DNA of 63,737 bases, counting the filler, from Folioceros fuciformis (taxonomy: Eukaryota), in the NCBI GenBank assembly GCA_049999805.1. It is 9 parts of 9 records of this genome, joined end to end, with 100 filler letters (N's around TTAATTAATTAA, not from the genome) between each part and the next. Parts side by side here need not be neighbours in the genome. Positions count along the whole stretch, not along the records: positions 38,633 to 58,538 come from JBNGIO010003364.1; positions 58,639 to 62,184 come from JBNGIO010003365.1; positions 62,285 to 63,737 come from JBNGIO010003366.1; 6 more parts are not named here. One strand, written 5' to 3'. Position numbers and translations under genes: made by a program. The notes beneath the pieces were generated by a model that was not told the origin of the DNA, searched no databases, and worked only from the letters and a program-made list of their open reading frames with translations. Of the stretch, positions 50,322 through 63,737 are shown one piece after another. The number at the start of each line of letters is the position of its first letter. The first letter of the stretch is position 1.

Positions 50322-50884
50322 CATCGTCGTGTCTTGGAGCATAATTTCAAAACTTATATCTTAGCTGTGGCGTATTCTGGGGACATACGGTCTCCACGTG
50401 GGGGCTTCTCGACTTGCTGTACACAAATGGCACCTGTAATGTATTGTTATTATATAATATAACAGGATATTGCCTAATACAAACAAGTAACTACGGGTTT
50501 GCAGGTTTGCAGATTTGCAGAAAAGGAAGTAATCAATACCCCCATCAAAATGTTGTTAACAGAACGGCGATTCATCGACGATGGATGCTGGGCGAAACAT
50601 ACCCTCACAGAGATGAAGCAAAACATCATTCAGTTTTGCCACTCACAGTGTAGATGGCATCTATAATCCAGATGGCCGCCAGACTTCCCTCGTAAGCCCA
50701 CTGGTTACAGAGTCGTATTGATCACCGGAACGTGTACATACAGCAACATGCTTCACTCACAACCTTCCGCAGAGTGGTCTACCGTGAAAGACGGGAGAAG
50801 GAGACTGAGCTGTCCCTAGAGGCGGAACGCCTGGCGACGACATGCATCCCAATTTGATGTTACACATATGGACGGGCATCCCCA

Positions 50885-55910
<5,026 letters not shown>

Positions 55911-57085
55911 CGCGCTCCCTCTCCTCTGCAAGCAAGCAGCTAGGTGAAGGCGAAATCCATCACTTTCCTAACTCTCACGCCGCGTACACTTCCTGCGGTA
56001 TGCACAAGCACACTTTCCTCCACTGCTTGCAGACTCATCGCTTCACGACCATGCATCCCGAGGCAGGCAAGTCGACGTCTTGTGAAATTTTGCAGCACAC
56101 TGTGCTTGACTCTTGCTGGAGACCCGCATTCTGTGCCCGATTCCACTCACGAATATGCATCAAATTCGACCAGTCAATCGAATCCACACCCCGGCCGCTC
56201 CCGCTCCCGTTCAGGCTTCCAGCAGCCAATCGTGCTTCAAACTCCGCAGTTCACAATTCCAGGAAGCGAGGCAGGCTCCTCGCTGCCAGGCGCAGTGCCC
56301 GAAAACCATCAAAATTTGCTGCACCATGGGCTGACCTCACGCTGCACGCAGCGGTGCGTCGCGATGCAGCAGGCTGCAGGCTCCCCCCTCGACGTTCGCG
56401 TGCGACGCGTGTGCCCCGCGCAGCAACGCAAGAGGGGATGTCGGGGATAGGAATCTGTGACCAAATGCGTGGGCTGATTGGAGCTGCAGGCGATGACGCA
56501 ATAACTACAGCACAGCTCTCAGGCACAAAAGATGCAGTCCGGGCGGACCGGGCGCGGGCGGGCCATGAGATGGCGGACCGTGGCAGTCGCCCGCTCGGGC
56601 CTGGACCAGGTATGAGCTATGGGACCCAGATCCTCGCTTTTGGCCATCTCGATGCCTGGGATGCTTGCAAAACACGCCCCAGGTGATGATTGGGGCTGGC
56701 CCAGCTCCCTTGGCGTGCTCCCAGTCGACCGACACACGTGCCTTCCTTCTGCTGGCTGCCAAGTAAAAATCCCACCAAATCCGCCAACACCGTCGGGCTT
56801 TCACTACCACGTGCGGCGCGAGGAGCCAGGTTGCGTACTTTGACGGCGCACCTGGTCCACAACAAGATTCCATGCAGTGTGACGTATGCAAATTACATCA
56901 AGTGTTTCAGTACTGTGTGTAAATACATGGCATGGCATCTGGGGCCTGTGGCCTCCAGGCTACCGGGTTACCTGGTAGGCTGGGTACACCGGGTACCCGT
57001 ACAGCGCCAATCAGCCCACGCTTTCGGCCACAAATAAATGTAGGGGAGACTAAAGTGATCGGGACGAAGGCACCTAGAGAGAGAG

Positions 57086-58459
<1,374 letters not shown>

Positions 58460-58638
58460 CTGCTCCAAGGCAACAAAAAACAATGTTAAATAATAAGCAG
58501 CACCCACGAGCAACCATGCAGTCTCACCTAGACACACCNNNNNNNNNNNNNNNNNNNNNNNNNNNNNNNNNNNNNNNNNNNNTTAATTAATTAANNNNNN
58601 NNNNNNNNNNNNNNNNNNNNNNNNNNNNNNNNNNNNNN

Positions 58639-58820
58639 TATATATGTACGCATGGACTTCAAGGCTATATATGTACGCATGGACTTCAAGGCTATATATG
58701 TACGCATGGACTTCAAGGCTATATATGTACGCATGGACTTCAAGGCTATATATGTACGCATGGACTTCAAGGCTATATATGTACGCATGGACTTCAAGGC
58801 TATATATGTACGCATGGACT
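58639..58820. repeat. 27-bp perfect minisatellite (TATATGTACGCATGGACTTCAAGGCTA)n, about 6.7 copies, running off the scaffold edge
   Basis: Directly visible head-to-tail identical units. Confidence 0.95.
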
Positions 58821-59207
58821 ATCAATCTAGATGTACTGAGCTGAGGCTTTATCTTGGGGCTTCTGAGGCTTATCTTGGGGCTTCTCTTGGGATTCACCGT
58901 GTTTCTAACAGTGTTGTCATGCTAGCTGAGCATGAGTTGGTCGACAAGGAAGGCACTCCGCAACAGCATTGGACAAACGTTCCCATGGGAGACCCCAGAC
59001 TTGCTTCAGGGCATGAGAATTCCAAGCATTGGGTGTTAAAGGAAGAATTGCTTCTCGGCAGCCCGTTTCGGGCTGTCCTTGAAGCGATGCGGCCCTTGAA
59101 CCGAGTACGGATCCTGCAGTTGTGCGGCGCCGCCTGAGGCCTGAGGAGTACATACCTCGGTGCTCCTGCCCTAACCCGTGCTGTGTTTGCTACGGTGGGA
59201 CTCTGTC

Positions 59208-59418
59208 TTGCTAGTGGCGCCGCTCTGAAGTGGGATCTCGTCGATTTGTGTAGGGGGGCTTTTCATATCTGGGGCATCCTGTTTCGTGACGAGGAGAAGC
59301 AACAGTTTTCGGAGAGATGTTGCTAGGGGCGCTGCTCTGAAGTGGGATCTCGTGGATTTTTGTAGGGGTGTTTTTCAGAACTGAGGCATCCCATTTCGTG
59401 ATGAGGAGAAGCAACAGT
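59208..59418. repeat. Diverged ~112-bp tandem duplication upstream of the LRR gene
   Basis: Two copies of TTGCTAG.GGCGC.GCTCTGAAGTGGGATCTCGT...GAGGAGAAGCAACAGT. Confidence 0.8.
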
Positions 59419-59438
59419 CCTCTCTGCGCTCCTGGCTA

Positions 59439-61055
59439 GTGTACCGTCTGGACCAGGCCTGGAGATTAACCAGCGCAGGCGTGAGGGGCAGGCAATTCTG
59501 GAGCTGCGTCATCCCGATCTTGGTGCTGTTGGTGCTGGTTTGTGAAGTGATTGTCTGGTCACCGAGTTGTGACGACGGAGTGGTGCTTCTCCAGTTCAAG
59601 AACCAGCTTACGCCCGACGACTCCGGGCCGGCTGGTGCCAATGGCTCTGTGGTGCTGAGCAGCTGGAAGGAGTCGGAAAGCGTTTGCTCAGGGTCATGGC
59701 AGAGGGTTACTTGCGATCACTCCAAGGCGAGGGTGGAAAAGCTTGAGCTCAATTCTCTGGGACTGAGAGGACAGTTGCTGGAGTCGTTGGGGGAGTTGCA
59801 GGGTCTGGTCACCCTCGACCTGTCCAACAACACATTTTTCGGGAGCATTCCTGCGGGTCTCAGCAATGCCAAGCTCTTGTCTTCGCTTCTCCTTTCGCGG
59901 AACAACTTCACAGGGCCTGTTCCGGAGGATCTCGGAAAGCTTCAGAGCCTCACTGTTGTGGATTTGTCCGAGAACCGACTTACAGGTCCTATACCTGCGT
60001 GGATTAGTCGTGTCCCGAACCTCCAGTGGCTCAATCTCAGCTCAAACGGTTTCGACGGCGTTCTTCCGGATAATCTATGCAATAGCAGCACGGTGACCTC
60101 GTGGATAGACATGTCTCACAACCATTTAGAGGGCCCGCTCCCGATGAGTATAGGCTTTTGCCGCCAGCTCAAAATGCTGGACTTGAGTTTCAACTCGTTC
60201 AATGAAAGCCTGCCGACTGCCCTCGGCAATTTGAGGGCATTGGAGCATCTGGCGCTTGAGGAGAGTGGTTTCGAAGGGCGTATTCCCAAGGAGTTGGGCA
60301 GCTGCAGGAATCTGTCGACGCTCGTTTTAGGGGGCAACAAGTTTAGCAGCACCATTCCTGAAGAGTTGGGGATCCTCGTGCATTTGAGGAAATTGAACAT
60401 GTCAGGCAACAACCTGAGTGGCCCGATTCCGTCTCACATCTTTCTTGGTTATGAGCAGCTGCTAGTTCTTGACCTTAGTTTCAATCAACTGACGGGTATC
60501 ATCCCATCGAGCGTGAGTAGTATGGCCAGGTTGAATGTCTTGAACCTGAATGACAACCAGTTGGCAGGGGAGATACCAGAGGCGATAGGGAACCTTTCCA
60601 GCCTATTCGGAGCAAATCTGGATAACAACTTCCTGAACGGAAGCATTCCCGACGGCATTGGGAGATTGTTTGATCTCCAAATTCTGCTTAGTCTCAAGTT
60701 CAACAAGTTGACAGGAAAGATTCCGGCCTCTATGGGACGGCTAACCAAGTTGACAAACCTCAGCATCGCTCATAATGAGTTGTCGGGTGATATCCCTTCC
60801 GCTTTGCTTGGCATGTCCAGTCTGGTAGCTCTGGACCTTTCCAACAACGGGCTTACTGGCCAGCTGCCTTGGTTTTCGCAGAGTCTTCTGGATAAAAGCG
60901 ACTTTTCCAATAACCCGGGCCTGTGTAGCCCAGCTCCCTTGAACGTTACAGGTCTCGTTTCTTGTGACCAAGCTAACGGAGGAGGGCGACATTCTACAGG
61001 ACATCATCACCTCCAGTATGGAATCATAGGACTTCTTTTCCTCTTTCTTAGCTAA
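59439..61055 (+). CDS. LRR receptor-like protein (signal-like hydrophobic segment, LRRNT, ~16 plant-specific LRRs, hydrophobic C-terminal tail, no kinase); start codon uncertain
   Basis: LLQFK..LSSW..C..W..VTC cap, LxxLxLSxNxLxGxIP repeats, FSNNPGLC C-cap and terminal GIIGLLFLFLS*. Confidence 0.88.
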   Translation: MYRLDQAWRLTSAGVRGRQFWSCVIPILVLLVLVCEVIVWSPSCDDGVVLLQFKNQLTPDDSGPAGANGSVVLSSWKESESVCSGSWQRVTCDHSKARVEKLELNSLGLRGQLLESLGELQGLVTLDLSNNTFFGSIPAGLSNAKLLSSLLLSRNNFTGPVPEDLGKLQSLTVVDLSENRLTGPIPAWISRVPNLQWLNLSSNGFDGVLPDNLCNSSTVTSWIDMSHNHLEGPLPMSIGFCRQLKMLDLSFNSFNESLPTALGNLRALEHLALEESGFEGRIPKELGSCRNLSTLVLGGNKFSSTIPEELGILVHLRKLNMSGNNLSGPIPSHIFLGYEQLLVLDLSFNQLTGIIPSSVSSMARLNVLNLNDNQLAGEIPEAIGNLSSLFGANLDNNFLNGSIPDGIGRLFDLQILLSLKFNKLTGKIPASMGRLTKLTNLSIAHNELSGDIPSALLGMSSLVALDLSNNGLTGQLPWFSQSLLDKSDFSNNPGLCSPAPLNVTGLVSCDQANGGGRHSTGHHHLQYGIIGLLFLFLS

Positions 61056-61125
61056 TACGAGGTTGGACTCGATTTTCGCAATTGAAGCTGGCGCTTGTTC
61101 ACCGGAAGCCTCAACCATGAATGGG

Positions 61126-61273
61126 ATTGAGTGAAGTGCTTGACAACCTAGAAAAGCTTCCATTGAGTAAAGTGCTTGACAACCTAGAAAAGCTTCCATT
61201 GAGTGAAGTGCTTGACNNNNNNNNNNTGAGTGAAGTGCTTGACAACCTAGAAAAGCTTCCATTGAGTGAAGTG
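61126..61273. repeat. 36-bp tandem repeat (ATTGAGTGAAGTGCTTGACAACCTAGAAAAGCTTCC)n interrupted by a 10-N gap
   Basis: About 4 visible copies. Confidence 0.9.
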
Positions 61274-61759
61274 TTACATTAGGATCCGGCACGTGATGCA
61301 CATTCCGGATGGCACTTATCGAAACTTTTCAGCTTGATCTCGGGTGACCTATCATCTCCAGGCGCCACCTATGCCTCCTAGCAGTTTTTCATGGCGCCAC
61401 TTATACCTCCTAGCAGTTTTTCATAGCTTGAGATCCAAAGACAGCTGGAAGTGTAGCTGGAGCGCTCTTGTAGAGTCCAGGTATAAACTTGATGAGCCCA
61501 GGTGTAAACTTGGTAAGCCCTCTTCTAGAGTCCTTGATTAGTGCTCTTGAAGACTTGTATTTATAGTTGAAACTTGATGAACGCACTTGTATCTATAGTT
61601 AGAACAGTGATCTTGTATTTTCTTTACAGTTGAATTATCAATCTTGTACTCCTTTCACAGGTTGAACTGCATTATAGCATTGTTCCTACCCAAACGCTTT
61701 CTTCTTACTCATAAACTTGATTGAAACAATGCTTTTCTACTCACATACTCGATTAAAAC

Positions 61760-61995
61760 CGAGACCTTCTATCTCACAAAAGCTTTTCGGAGACCTTCTA
61801 CCTCATAAACTTGATTGACTTGTAGCTTTTCTGAGACCTTCTACCTCACAAACTTGATTGACTTGTAGTTTTTCATGTACTCCATTGAAATCGAGACCTT
61901 CTACCTCACAAACTTGATTGACTTGTAGCTTTTCACATACTCCATTGAAATCGAGACCTTCTACCTCACAAACTTGATTGACTTGTAGCTTTTAG
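61760..61995. repeat. Tandem ~43-60-bp repeats (GAGACCTTCTACCTCACAAACTTGATTGACTTGTAGCTTTT), likely TE-internal
   Basis: Four to five visible copies. Confidence 0.8.
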
Positions 61996-62284
61996 TTGAA
62001 AGAGCATCCTCCCTCTTCACTGATTCTATTGACTTACAATTATTTCCATAGTCGTTGGCGAGTACCTCACGTCGTTTACATGAGGGCCTGGTATGCTCGT
62101 TGCGGATTCCATGCTCCGGTCTCTTTCTTGCACGATTGCGTGTCCACTACATGACTTGCGCCTTTATCCTGGACAACGCCTATGNNNNNNNNNNNNNNNN
62201 NNNNNNNNNNNNNNNNNNNNNNNNNNNNTTAATTAATTAANNNNNNNNNNNNNNNNNNNNNNNNNNNNNNNNNNNNNNNNNNNN

Positions 62285-63737
62285 GGCCAGCAGTAGGCTG
62301 CCAGGAGGGTGGGCTGGCAGATCTAGCCGGCTAGGAGGCCAGATCGACGGACAGTNNNNNNNNNNNNNNNNNNNNNNNNNNNNNNNNNNNNNNNNNNNNN
62401 NNNNNNNNNNNNNNNNNNNNNNNNNNNNNNNNNNNNNNNNNNNNNNNNNNNNNNNAGATCGACGGACAGTCCTATGTGGATCAACGGGGCGGCTTGGCGA
62501 CGGATCCGAACTGGCAGACTAGGTAGTCGGTGGGCTAGGCTGCTTGGATCCAGGCTAGCCGGCTGCAGCAGCAGACCAGCCAGATGCAAGCAGGCAGCTG
62601 CTACAAGCGGCAGCCCCGACCAGCGGTTGAATCCAGCGGGCAGCCAGGTCGAGCAGGTTGGCTGCCTGGTTGGATCTGGAGGCTAGAGGTCGGCTAGTGG
62701 CCTCTAGCCAGTCAGCCAAGCTGTAGGCGAGGAAAGCGGGCTGGGTCGCGGTCAGGGGCAGGGCACTTCGGCGGGCTGTGGCAGTGCCAGAGCCATGCAG
62801 CCAAGCGGCTGGCGAGTCGACATCCAGGTGGGAGGGTGCCGAACCAGATTGGTAGCGGTAGCCGGATTCGGGATGTGGTCAGGCTTGGCAGGCGGGAGGC
62901 CGGGGTGGATCTAAGCCAGGCCGATGCCTAGAGGAGGGCCGGGCCAGCAGCGGCCGGGCTACGGAGAGCAGGGGTTGCAGAGGAGCACTTGCAAGGGCTG
63001 GGCAAGCAGCACGGACACCCGGCTACGGGGAGGCAGCCTAGCCTGGCTGCAGGCAGGCAACCTGGTAGCTGGCGGGTGGGTGACCTAGCAGGCACGGCGT
63101 CGGGATCCAGGCAGCCAGGCCTGGCTGGCCAGGATCGCGAGGGGGCTAGCTAGGGGCTACAGCAAGCGGCCCCGTGAGCGGGCTGCTTGGCCAGATCCAA
63201 GAGGGCACGCCGGCCTGGCAGGCGGCCTGGAGGATGGCTGGGCCAGTGGCGACCCGGCTGTGCGACCAGCGGGGCTGGCCGGACTGGCCGTGACTGGAGG
63301 CACGCACACCAGCAGGCAGCCTAGTAGCGGCTTGGCTGGTCAGTAGCAGGCTGGCTGGCAAGAGGCTGGCAGGCGATCCTGTAGGCAGATCCGACCAGGC
63401 AGCCGCCTAGTGCAGGCTGGCTGGCTGGAGGAGATCCTGGCTGGCAAGGCGAGGAGCAGGGGGTGCTGCCAAAGCAGGTACCCGCTTGGCGGGTGGCTTA
63501 GCGGGATCTTGGGCCAGCCAGGCGGGCTGCAGGCAAGTAGCCGGGTAGGCCAAACGGGTGGCTGCCCTGCAAGGGTCGAAGACATGGCACCCCAGGCCCG
63601 ATGGGTGGCCTACGATGGAGACTAGACTAGCGGGACTGCCAGGTGACGGCAGCTAGCAGCAGTGGCTGAGGTGGCTAGCCAGTAGGCTCAGGTGGCCCCT
63701 GGCTGGATCAGGTGGCAGGCGGCCGGTAGCAGGCAGG
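62285..63737. repeat. GC-rich degenerate low-complexity repeat (GGCAG/GGCTG/CCAG-type motifs)
   Basis: Motif-saturated sequence with frequent CTAG and no coherent ORF. Confidence 0.6.

Noticed and set aside
58639-61995. 27-, 36- and ~60-bp repeat arrays as CRISPR-like
   Set aside because: Head-to-tail units without unique spacers, no cas genes, eukaryotic context.

Overview
Eukaryotic nuclear DNA from a land plant, probably a non-seed plant (inferred from short 70-130 nt introns and gene content). The window is not one locus: nine scaffolds are concatenated with artificial 100-bp N-TTAATTAATTAA-N spacers, and there are further internal N gaps. Recognisable genes are a large zinc-ribbon protein with a PKS/BIG GRAIN-type motif, an intronless subgroup-22 R2R3-MYB, COA5/PET191, tRNA-Phe(GAA), UDP-arabinose 4-epimerase (MUR4-like), an AHK5/CKI2-like hybrid histidine kinase, the 3' part of PEX6 and an LRR receptor-like protein. 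There is also a decayed Ty1/copia element and many repeats. Three intron-containing genes that the ORF track fragments are the most notable: (1) a pyruvoyl-dependent arginine decarboxylase closely resembling chlamydial AaxB (22368-23282); (2) a KirBac-like inward-rectifier channel whose TxGYG filter is replaced by TGLQP (41962-44974); (3) an Arg/Ser-rich protein with a HEPN-like RNxxxH motif lying head-to-head with the decarboxylase (18173-21129). All family assignments come from motif recognition by eye, not from database searches.
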